From Tidjanibacter sp. (GTDB taxonomy: Bacteria > Bacteroidota > Bacteroidia > Bacteroidales > Rikenellaceae), in the NCBI GenBank assembly GCA_045633985.1, contig JAZQZI010000020.1:1442-65441 (forward strand): DNA of 64,000 nucleotides, written 5' to 3'. The notes beneath the pieces were generated by a model. It saw nothing but the letters and a program-made list of their open reading frames with translations. It ran no database searches and had not been told where the DNA came from. Below are positions 29,055-36,759 of the stretch, piece by piece. The position numbers and the translations under genes are program-made. Every line of letters starts with the position of its first letter. Position 1 is the stretch's first letter.

Positions 29055-29774
29055 ATGGAGAAGAAAAAGACGGGTAAAATCTATATGCTCCCCTGCCCCA
29101 TTAGCGAGGGCAATCCCTATGATGTGCTCCCCGAGACCAACCGCAAGGTGATGGCCTCCATCGACTACTTCATTGTGGAGAATGTGCGCACGGCACGCCG
29201 CTTCCTCTCGGCAGCCAAGATTGGAAGGCCTATTGAGGAGCTTGAGTTTGCCGAGTGCAACGAGCACACCTCGGCATCCGATGTAGGGCCCTTGTTGGCC
29301 CCCGTGATGGAGGGAAAGGATTGCGGCATCATCAGCGAGGCGGGACTCCCCGGCGTTGCCGACCCCGGAGCAGATGTTGTGGCTGTAGCACAACAGAGGG
29401 GTATTGAGGTGGTTCCCCTGGTGGGCCCCTCTTCGATACTTATGGCACTGATGGCCAGCGGCCAGAATGGTCAGAGCTTTGCTTTCAACGGCTACCTCCC
29501 CGTGAAACCCGCCGAGCGCCAGAAGGCCATACGCCACTTCGAGCGAAGGGCACAGAGCGAGGGGCAGAGCCAGATATTTATTGAGGCCCCCTATCGCAAC
29601 GACAAACTTTTTGCGGAGTTGGTGGCCACCTGCGCCCCCTCGACCCGCATCACGGTTGCTGTGGATATAACCTCTCCCACGCAGGTCATCCGCACTCTCT
29701 CGGCCGGTGAGTGGCGCAAAACTCCCGCCCCCGAGATGCACAAACGCCCCACAATATTCATCATCGGAGCATAA
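29055..29774 (+). CDS. SAM-dependent methyltransferase, tetrapyrrole-methylase fold (RsmI-like)
   Basis: 239-aa ORF with SEAGLPGVADPG and the GPSS motif typical of the RsmI/TP-methylase family. Confidence 0.7.
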   Translation: MEKKKTGKIYMLPCPISEGNPYDVLPETNRKVMASIDYFIVENVRTARRFLSAAKIGRPIEELEFAECNEHTSASDVGPLLAPVMEGKDCGIISEAGLPGVADPGADVVAVAQQRGIEVVPLVGPSSILMALMASGQNGQSFAFNGYLPVKPAERQKAIRHFERRAQSEGQSQIFIEAPYRNDKLFAELVATCAPSTRITVAVDITSPTQVIRTLSAGEWRKTPAPEMHKRPTIFIIGA

Positions 29775-29776
29775 CA

Positions 29777-29814
29777 GAAAAAATCTTCACCTCGCAGTCG
29801 GGGTGAAGATTTTT
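29777..29814. terminator. bidirectional intrinsic terminator
   Basis: AAAAAATCTTCACC-loop-GGTGAAGATTTTTT between convergent genes. Confidence 0.75.
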
Positions 29815-29867
29815 TGTGTAGGGGGATTTATTGGATGGGGTTTGGTCCATCAATTTCCAGCCCCCTG

Positions 29868-30239
29868 CTATTTTTTGAAGGCGAAATAGACGGCCAGGAG
29901 TATCAGCACAAACGACACCAGGTAGTTCCAGCGGAAAACCTCCGTTTTGAAGAGGGTGAGGGCCAGCACCGTAAAGACTACCAGCGAGATACACTCCTGG
30001 ATAATCTTGAGCTGAAAGAGGGTGAAGGGGCCGCCGCCTCCCACAAAACCTATACGATTGGCGGGGATGGTGAGGCAGTACTCAAAGAAAGCTACGCCCC
30101 AGCTGAGTAGGATGATGATAATGAGTGGGAAGGGGTCCTTACCACCGTTCATATCTCGTAGTTTGAGGTTGCCATACCAGGCGAAGGTCATAAAGACATT
30201 CGAGAGCAACAACATTCCTATGGTCACAAGTCCTTTCAT
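29868..30239 (-). CDS. DMT-superfamily small membrane protein (DUF486-like)
   Basis: 123-aa ORF with four TM helices and the N-terminus MKGLVTIGMLLLSNVFMTFAWYG. Confidence 0.65.
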   Translation of the reverse strand: MKGLVTIGMLLLSNVFMTFAWYGNLKLRDMNGGKDPFPLIIIILLSWGVAFFEYCLTIPANRIGFVGGGGPFTLFQLKIIQECISLVVFTVLALTLFKTEVFRWNYLVSFVLILLAVYFAFKK

Positions 30240-30291
30240 CTGCTTTCGGGTTATCGGTTATTTCATTCTCGGACAGGCAGTGTCCGCTGTC

Positions 30292-30319
30292 GGTTGACGG
30301 TTGACGGTTGGCGGTCGAC
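30292..30319. repeat. heptamer tandem array GGTTGAC x4 (degenerate)
   Basis: GGTTGAC GGTTGAC GGTTGGC GGTCGAC lies directly 3' of the dusB stop. Related GTCGGTC-type tracts lie at about 5650-5672 and 54444-54464. Confidence 0.8.
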
Positions 30320-30320
30320 C

Positions 30321-31364
30321 TTAAATATCGTGCGAGAGGGGTGCTGGGATGGTGGTCGAGAAGTCGTAGTCGTGCCAACGCTCGGCGGTGTAGTCGAGCA
30401 GTGCCCTTATCTCCTCGGGGTCGTAGCTGGTCACAAGCTTCATCCTCGTCTGCTTGAAGTCGGGCAGCCCCTTGAAGTAGTTGGAGAAGTGGCGGCGCAT
30501 CTCGATGATGCCCACAAAATCGCCTTTGGCAGCCAACGAGAGGTCCAAGTGGTGCTTGGCAATGGCCACCCTCTCAGGCACAGAGGGCTGTGGGAGCAAC
30601 TCGCCCGTCTGTATGAAGTGTTTGCACTCACGGAAAATCCAGGGGCGACCATAGGTGGCACGGCCAATCATCACAGCATCCACCCCATACCTATCGAAGC
30701 ACTCGGCAGCCCTCTCGGCGGTGGTCACATCGCCATTGCCGATGATGGGGATATGGATGCGAGGGTTGTTCTTCACCTTTCCGATAAGAGTCCAATCGGC
30801 CTCGCCGCGGTACATCTGCGAACGTGTGCGGCCGTGGATGGTGAGTGCCTGAATACCAACATCTTGCAGTCGTTCGGCAATCTCCTCGATATTCTTGTTT
30901 TCGTCGTCCCATCCGAGCCTTGTCTTGACCGTCACGGGGAGCTTCACGGCCTCCACAATCCGGCGGGTCATCTCCACCATCAGGGGGACATCCTTCATCA
31001 TACCGCTACCTGCTCCTCGGCCTGCAATCTTCTTCATCGGGCAACCGAAGTTGATATCTATAACATCGGGGTTGGCCCTCTCGGCCAGCTTGGCGGCCTC
31101 CACCATAGGCTCTATGAGGTGACCGTAAATCTGGATGGCCACGGGGCGCTCACCCTCCGCCACATTGAGTTTGCGGAAGGTCTTCTCGGCGCCGTGGAAG
31201 AGTCCGTCGGACGACACAAACTCGGTGGTCACCATATCGGCGCCAAACTCCTTGCAGAGCTGGCGGAACGAGGGGTCGGTGACATCCTCCATAGGGGCCA
31301 AAAAGAGGGGCTTTTCGCCAAAATCTATACTACCTATCTTCACTGTGATTGAATTTTGCCCCAA
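30321..31364 (-). CDS. dusB: tRNA dihydrouridine synthase (DusB-like)
   Basis: 347-aa ORF with a TTG start in the track, LAPMEDVTD and NFGCP motifs, and a TIM-barrel Dus family pattern. Confidence 0.85.
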   Translation of the reverse strand: MGQNSITVKIGSIDFGEKPLFLAPMEDVTDPSFRQLCKEFGADMVTTEFVSSDGLFHGAEKTFRKLNVAEGERPVAIQIYGHLIEPMVEAAKLAERANPDVIDINFGCPMKKIAGRGAGSGMMKDVPLMVEMTRRIVEAVKLPVTVKTRLGWDDENKNIEEIAERLQDVGIQALTIHGRTRSQMYRGEADWTLIGKVKNNPRIHIPIIGNGDVTTAERAAECFDRYGVDAVMIGRATYGRPWIFRECKHFIQTGELLPQPSVPERVAIAKHHLDLSLAAKGDFVGIIEMRRHFSNYFKGLPDFKQTRMKLVTSYDPEEIRALLDYTAERWHDYDFSTTIPAPLSHDI

Positions 31365-31417
31365 AAATAACTATATTTGCGCTCTAAACAATGAAATAAT
31401 CAAAACAATATAACGCA

Positions 31418-33196
31418 ATGACTATCGAACAGACAATCCTCAATGCCGTAACGGCCACCGTCGAGAAGCTCTACGGCCCCCTCGATGGGCTTCAGCTCCA
31501 ACTCCAGAAGACCCGCAAGGAGTTCACCGGAGATTACACACTCGTAGTATTCCCCCTGCTGAAGCGCAGCCGCAAGTCGCCCGACGCTACAGCCGCCGAG
31601 ATTGGTGAGGCTCTGGCCGCCGAGTGCCCCCTCGTTGAGAGCACCAACACCATCAAGGGCTTCCTCAACATTCAGCTGAAGGCCGACTTCTGGCTCGAGG
31701 AGTTCCGCAAGATTGCCGCCACCGAGCAGTTCGGTAAGGCCCCCGCAAATGGTAAAACAGTGATGGTGGAGTACTCCTCACCCAACACCAACAAGCCCCT
31801 CCACCTGGGCCACATCCGCAACAACCTCCTCGGCTACTCCGTATCGCAGATTTTGGAGGCGTGCGGCTACCGAGTAATCAAGGCCAACCTGGTGAACGAC
31901 CGTGGTATCCACATCTGCAAGAGTATGCTCGCTTGGCAGCTCTATGGCGGTGGCGAGACCCCCCAAAGCAGCGGTATGAAGGGTGACCACCTGGTAGGTA
32001 AATACTATGTGGAGTTCGACAAACACTACAAAGCCGAGGTTAAAGCCCTCGTGGAGAAGGGTATGAGCGAGGATGAGGCCAAAAAGGAGGCCCCCATTAT
32101 GCAGCAGGCACGCACAATGCTCCAGAAGTGGGAGGCTCACGACCCCGAGGTGTATGGCCTCTGGGAGCGTATGAACGGCTGGGTATATGAGGGTTTCGAT
32201 GCCACCTACAAGGCTATGGGTGTATCGTTCGACAAGGTATATTATGAGTCGCAGACCTATCTTTTGGGTAAGGACATCGTGGCCGAGGGTCTGGAGAAGG
32301 GTGTATTCTACCGCCGTGAGGATGGCTCGGTGTGGATCGACCTCACAGCCGACGGCCTCGACGAGAAACTCCTTCTTCGTGGCGACGGCACCAGCGTCTA
32401 TATGACCCAGGATCTCGGTACCGCCCTCAGCCGTCAGCGTGACGAGAGCCTCGATGGCATCATCTACGTTGTGGGCAATGAGCAGAACTACCACTTCCAG
32501 GTGCTCAAACTCGTCCTCAAGAAGCTCGGCTACGAGTGGAGCGACGACATCTTCCACCTCTCCTATGGTATGGTAGAGCTGCCAGAGGGTAAGATGAAGT
32601 CGAGGGAGGGCACCGTGGTGGATGCCGACGACCTCATTGAGGATATGGTGACCACCGCACGAGAGATGAGCGAGGAGCTCGGTAAGCTCGACGGTATGAC
32701 CCCCGAGGAGCAGGACAACATCGCCCACATCGTGGGTCTTGGCGCCCTCAAGTACTTCATCCTCAAAGTGGACCCCAAGAAGACTATGCTCTTCAATCCC
32801 CGTGAGAGTATCGATTTCAACGGCAACACCGGCCCCTTCATTCAGTACACCTACGCACGTATCCACTCGGTGCTCCGCAAGGCTGCCGAGGCAGGTATTG
32901 CCACCTCGTTCGATGGCAAGTTGGAGCTCATCGCCGAGGAGGTGGAGCTGGTGAAATACCTCGCCGACTTCCCCCAGACCGTGCTCCAGGCGGGTGCCAC
33001 CTACTCGCCCAGCGTCATCGGTGCCTACGTTTACGACCTGGCAAAGATGTACAACAGCTACTACCACGACCACTCCATTCTGCGTGAGGAGAGGGAGGAT
33101 GTACGCAGGTTCCGTGTAGCCCTCAGCTCCGTTGTGGCCTCCACCATCGGCTATGGTATGAGCCTGATGGGTATTGAGGTTCCCGAGCGAATGTAA
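31418..33196 (+). CDS. argS: arginine--tRNA ligase
   Basis: 592-aa ORF with the class I HIGH variant (SSPNTNKPLHLGHIRN) and a C-terminal DALR anticodon-binding region. Confidence 0.92.
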   Translation: MTIEQTILNAVTATVEKLYGPLDGLQLQLQKTRKEFTGDYTLVVFPLLKRSRKSPDATAAEIGEALAAECPLVESTNTIKGFLNIQLKADFWLEEFRKIAATEQFGKAPANGKTVMVEYSSPNTNKPLHLGHIRNNLLGYSVSQILEACGYRVIKANLVNDRGIHICKSMLAWQLYGGGETPQSSGMKGDHLVGKYYVEFDKHYKAEVKALVEKGMSEDEAKKEAPIMQQARTMLQKWEAHDPEVYGLWERMNGWVYEGFDATYKAMGVSFDKVYYESQTYLLGKDIVAEGLEKGVFYRREDGSVWIDLTADGLDEKLLLRGDGTSVYMTQDLGTALSRQRDESLDGIIYVVGNEQNYHFQVLKLVLKKLGYEWSDDIFHLSYGMVELPEGKMKSREGTVVDADDLIEDMVTTAREMSEELGKLDGMTPEEQDNIAHIVGLGALKYFILKVDPKKTMLFNPRESIDFNGNTGPFIQYTYARIHSVLRKAAEAGIATSFDGKLELIAEEVELVKYLADFPQTVLQAGATYSPSVIGAYVYDLAKMYNSYYHDHSILREEREDVRRFRVALSSVVASTIGYGMSLMGIEVPERM

Positions 33197-33230
33197 ATAA
33201 CCTGAGTTTTTATTTATATTCCTCCCTAAA

Positions 33231-33420
33231 TCCCTCCTTTATCAAAGGAGGGACTTGGTCAAAAAGCTTTATAGGGGCTTTTTGAAAAGAGGATGTTTCG
33301 GAATTTCAACAAGCTGAAATTCACGAAACTGACGTTAAATAAAGCGCATATTGTTGGTGATTTTTTCACCACCCTCAATGGGCAAGTTCCTCTTTTGCAG
33401 CGGGACTTGCCTTTTTTGTT
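33231..33420 (+). ncRNA. candidate structured RNA or long argS 3' UTR (five consecutive hairpins ending in a terminator)
   Basis: Hairpins lie at 33231-33253, 33260-33284, 33301-33322, 33356-33370 and 33381-33411. The last has a U-G pair only on the plus strand and is followed by TTTTTTGTTT. Confidence 0.3.
33381..33420 (+). terminator. intrinsic terminator (plus strand)
   Basis: Stem GGCAAGTTCC/GGGACTTGCC followed by a T-run. Confidence 0.65.
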
Positions 33421-33475
33421 TGGCATTAAGGTCATAGAGCCATTAGGGCCCTATACACCCAACACACCCAAAGGG

Positions 33476-33509
33476 CAAAAAAGAGGGGCTCCCGATTTGG
33501 GAGCCCCTC
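33476..33509 (-). terminator. intrinsic terminator after rplT
   Basis: 11-bp stem GAGGGGCTCCC/GGGAGCCCCTC, followed on the minus strand by TTTTTT. It begins 24 nt after the rplT stop. Confidence 0.8.
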
Positions 33510-33532
33510 CGTCAGTTCGCACAATGTGCAAA

Positions 33533-33877
33533 CTATTTAACCGTGTTCACAATTTTCTCGAAAGCCTGGGGGTGGTTCATAGCCAGGTCGGCGAGAACCT
33601 TGCGGTTCATCTCGATACCCTTAGCGTGGCACTTACCCATAAACTCGGAATAGGTCAGACCGTGCATACGAGCGGCAGCGTTGATACGCTGAATCCACAA
33701 GCTACGGTAGTTCCTCTTCTTCTCTTTGCGGTTGCGATAGGCGAACTGCAAACCTTTCTCGACAGTATTTTTGGCTACTGTCCAGACATTTCCCCTTGAA
33801 CCAAAGTTACCTTTGGCAAGTTTTAAAACTTTTTTCCTGCGAGCTCTCGATGCTACAGCATTTACTGATCTAGGCAT
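33533..33877 (-). CDS. rplT: 50S ribosomal protein L20
   Basis: 114-aa ORF beginning [23 protein letters not shown] and continuing ...[10 protein letters not shown]. Confidence 0.95.
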   Translation of the reverse strand: MPRSVNAVASRARRKKVLKLAKGNFGSRGNVWTVAKNTVEKGLQFAYRNRKEKKRNYRSLWIQRINAAARMHGLTYSEFMGKCHAKGIEMNRKVLADLAMNHPQAFEKIVNTVK

Positions 33878-33977
33878 AAAATCTTAAAGTTTTAATCGAA
33901 AGATTAGCGGCGGGTTTCTCTCCCACTCTTCGGGGCTAATTCTCTCTTTGGTTAAACAATTTTGCTCTACGGGTTAA

Positions 33978-34172
33978 TTACTTAACGAGGAGCTTGCGAA
34001 GTTTGGCTGCGTCGGCGGGAGTAACGATTGCCGAGTAGTCCAAGTTGCGTTTGCGTTTGGTAGATTTCTTGGTGAGGATGTGGCTGTGATAAGCGTGTTT
34101 CCTCTTAATCTTACCGGTGCCGGTGAAGTCAAAGCGTTTCTTCGCGCCGGCGTTAGTTTTCATTTTTGGCAT
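33978..34172 (-). CDS. rpmI: 50S ribosomal protein L35
   Basis: ATG at 34172 gives the 64-aa product [14 protein letters not shown]...[16 protein letters not shown]. The ORF-track start at 34232 lies inside the repeat array. Confidence 0.9.
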   Translation of the reverse strand: MPKMKTNAGAKKRFDFTGTGKIKRKHAYHSHILTKKSTKRKRNLDYSAIVTPADAAKLRKLLVK

Positions 34173-34203
34173 TTCGATAAAATTTAATTGGTTAAACAGC
34201 CCG

Positions 34204-34211
34204 CAAAGATA
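34204..34211 (-). promoter_or_regulatory. -7 box TATCTTTG for rpmI-rplT at the edge of the heptamer array
   Basis: The reverse complement is TATCTTTG, about 32 nt upstream of the rpmI ATG. On this strand the adjacent AATTTTG array places a TTTG every 7 nt, and one of them lies about 18 nt upstream. Confidence 0.5.
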
Positions 34212-34216
34212 CAAAG

Positions 34217-34419
34217 AAAATTCAAAATTCAAAATTCAAAATTCAAAATTGCGAGTAAGCGAGGGCAAAGACTGCTTGCAGGCTCTGACGAGCGAGAGCA
34301 ATTAAAAGCCCCGAAGGGGATTAAAATTCAAAATTACCTATAACTCCTATAATTCCTATAACTCTTATCCGGAGTAGAGCAAAATAGGAGTAATGGGAGT
34401 TATAAGAGTTATGGGAAAT
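34217..34419 (-). repeat. composite intergenic element, copy b
   Basis: AAAATTC x4-5 (34217-34251), a core with hairpins at 34267-34286 and 34309-34319, then an inverted 9-mer array (CCTATAACT-type at 34337-34370, a loop, ATAGGAGTA-type at 34384-34419) that runs up to the trmH-like stop codon. Confidence 0.85.
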
Positions 34420-35106
34420 TCAAAAATCTTCGCCAAATCCTTTGCGGAGGATACCTTCGTCGTCCTTGATGCTCTCCCTCATCCAGCGGTAGAGCAGTTC
34501 GCTCTGCTCCTCGGGCGAGAGTCGCCAATCGACACTGCTGCGATGGAGCCGCTCCTTGAGTCCCTGAATGAGGATAGCTGCACAAGCCGACACATTGAGG
34601 CTCTCCACAAATCCATACATAGGTATCTTTATAAAATCGTCGGCCGCAGCCATCACCTCGGGCGAGATACCCTGCTTCTCAGTGCCGAACACCAGGCAGA
34701 AGGGGCCTCGGGTGACATCGAAACTGTCGGGTGTGCAGTCGTCGCTATGGGGAGTGGCCGCCACAATACGGTAGCCACTCTCCTTAAGCAGGGCAATGGT
34801 GTCGGGGGTATTCTCGTGGCGGAAAATATCGACCCACTTGTCGGTGCCACGCACAATGTGGGTGTTGGCTTGGAAGCCACAGAGGAACTCAATGGCGTGG
34901 AGCTCCTGCACACCGAAGGCCTCACAGTGGCGCACAAGGGCACTTGCATTCTGGGGATGAAAAGTATTCTCGGCACATACGGTCATATAGCGTGTGCGGT
35001 CGGCCACCACACGTCGCATAGTAGCAGCCCTCTCGGGGAGCATAAACTCCTCAAGATAGGCTATGCGCTGGTCGTACCACTCTTTGGGTTTAGCGATATT
35101 TGCCAT
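34420..35106 (-). CDS. TrmH/SpoU-family RNA 2'-O-methyltransferase
   Basis: The likely ATG is at 35106 (MANIAKPKEWYDQR...). It has the SpoU motifs (FGTEKQGIS, IPMYGFVESLNVS). It overlaps the rsgA end by 17 nt. Confidence 0.75.
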   Translation of the reverse strand: MANIAKPKEWYDQRIAYLEEFMLPERAATMRRVVADRTRYMTVCAENTFHPQNASALVRHCEAFGVQELHAIEFLCGFQANTHIVRGTDKWVDIFRHENTPDTIALLKESGYRIVAATPHSDDCTPDSFDVTRGPFCLVFGTEKQGISPEVMAAADDFIKIPMYGFVESLNVSACAAILIQGLKERLHRSSVDWRLSPEEQSELLYRWMRESIKDDEGILRKGFGEDF

Positions 35107-36007
35107 CGTCGTCGAGCATTTTGATGTAACTTTCGTAGCGGCTCTCGGTAATCTCGCCATCCACCACAGCCCTCATCACGGCACATTGTGGCTCGTGGGT
35201 GTGGGTGCAGTTGTAGAACTTACACCCCTTGCTCACCCTCATAATCTCGGGGAAGTAGTGGTAGAGCTCCTCGGGCTTGATGTCGATAAGTCCGAAGCCT
35301 CGGATACCGGGGGTGTCTATCAATCGGCCACCAAAGGCAAGGGGATAGACACGGGAGAAGGTGGTGGTGTGTTTACCCTGGAGGTGGACATCGGAGATGG
35401 CGCCCGTCTTGGCTGCTGCCGAGGGCTCAATGGCATTCACGAGGGTCGATTTGCCCACACCCGAGTTGCCGGCAAGCAGGGTTGTCTTGTCCCTCAACAG
35501 TTCCACCACCTCATCGAGGCCCTCGCCCGTGAGCGCCGAGCACTCAATGATGCGGTAGCCGGCCGAGGTGTAGATATGGTGGAAAGCCTCAAGCAGTTCG
35601 GGGTGCTCTCGGGCGGTGTCTATCTTATTGAGAATGATGACGGCGGGTACCTTGTAAGCCTCGCAGGTCACCAAAAAGCGGTCCACAAATTCGGGAGCTG
35701 TGACGGGGGCTGCGATGGTCACTACCACTGCAGCACAGTCGATGTTGGCAGCGATGATGTGTGACTCTTTGGAGAGGTTGGAGGCTCGGCGTATGATGTA
35801 GTTGGTGCGGGGGGCGATACTCACAATGAACCCCTCACCCGCCTCGGAGAACTCCACACCCACCTTGTCGCCCACAACTACGGGCGAGGTGGAACGCACC
35901 CCCTTGAGCCTCAATCGACCACGGGTGCGACAATCATAGACGGCACCCTCAATCTCCACCTTATACCAGCTTCCGGTGCTCTCGACCACAAATCCCTGCT
36001 GAATCAT
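35090..36007 (-). CDS. rsgA: ribosome small-subunit-dependent GTPase A
   Basis: 305-aa ORF with circularly permuted GTPase motifs (ILNKIDT...GNSGVGKST) and a C-terminal zinc-binding CxH..C pattern. Confidence 0.9.
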   Translation of the reverse strand: MIQQGFVVESTGSWYKVEIEGAVYDCRTRGRLRLKGVRSTSPVVVGDKVGVEFSEAGEGFIVSIAPRTNYIIRRASNLSKESHIIAANIDCAAVVVTIAAPVTAPEFVDRFLVTCEAYKVPAVIILNKIDTAREHPELLEAFHHIYTSAGYRIIECSALTGEGLDEVVELLRDKTTLLAGNSGVGKSTLVNAIEPSAAAKTGAISDVHLQGKHTTTFSRVYPLAFGGRLIDTPGIRGFGLIDIKPEELYHYFPEIMRVSKGCKFYNCTHTHEPQCAVMRAVVDGEITESRYESYIKMLDDDGKYR

Positions 36008-36540
36008 ATCTCACTATTGTTTGGACTGTTAGTATCGTTGTTGAGTTGGAAGGTGTCACTCTCCACAATGGCATCCTTGGCCTCCACGAGGTAGGGGAAG
36101 ACCACCTCGGCAACCCTCTCGATGGGGCCTACAAGGGTGGAGGTTTCCATCACCTCGGACTCCACAATCTCCAGGTGGCTGTTAAGATTGCGGAAGAGGC
36201 CCAGCAGCAGGCTCAACACCAGGCAGCAGGTGACCAACGAGAGGAGCGCTCCGCCAATCTTATCGACAAACCCGAGCCCTATGCCGTGGAGAATCCAACG
36301 AGAGAAACGGGCCATAATCCACGCCAGAAACACGGCGGCCACGAAGAGTATGACATAGGCTGCCACACCCTCCACCTCTATTCCTGTCCACTCTCCCAGG
36401 CGGTCGTTGAACTTGAAGGCTACCCATACACCCAGGAGCACACCCACGAGCGAGGAGGCTTGCGATATGAGCCCCTTGCGCAGGCCACTGATGAGGGCCC
36501 ACGCCAGAATGATTGCAAGAATAATATCTACGATATTCAT
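36004..36540 (-). CDS. cvpA: CvpA family membrane protein
   Basis: 178-aa ORF with four TM helices and a CvpA-type N-terminus (MNIVDIILAIILAWALISGLRKG). A 4-nt ATGA overlap links it to rsgA. Confidence 0.75.
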   Translation of the reverse strand: MNIVDIILAIILAWALISGLRKGLISQASSLVGVLLGVWVAFKFNDRLGEWTGIEVEGVAAYVILFVAAVFLAWIMARFSRWILHGIGLGFVDKIGGALLSLVTCCLVLSLLLGLFRNLNSHLEIVESEVMETSTLVGPIERVAEVVFPYLVEAKDAIVESDTFQLNNDTNSPNNSEI

Positions 36541-36759
36541 AGTTTTTTTAGAATTTCACGATTACCTCTTTGGAAATACTTTCCACTCTACAAAGCTACA
36601 AAAAAGTGCTCTAAAAATCGCCCACTCGCCCCCAAAATATTTCACCCCTCACCCCGAGGGAGAGGTTTTGTGGCAGTTTGGTGCAAAAAATTTCCTCGTC
36701 TGCGGTAAAATTTGTATCTTTGTGGTGGTATGACCCTATGTCACACCACCGGAAAGATT

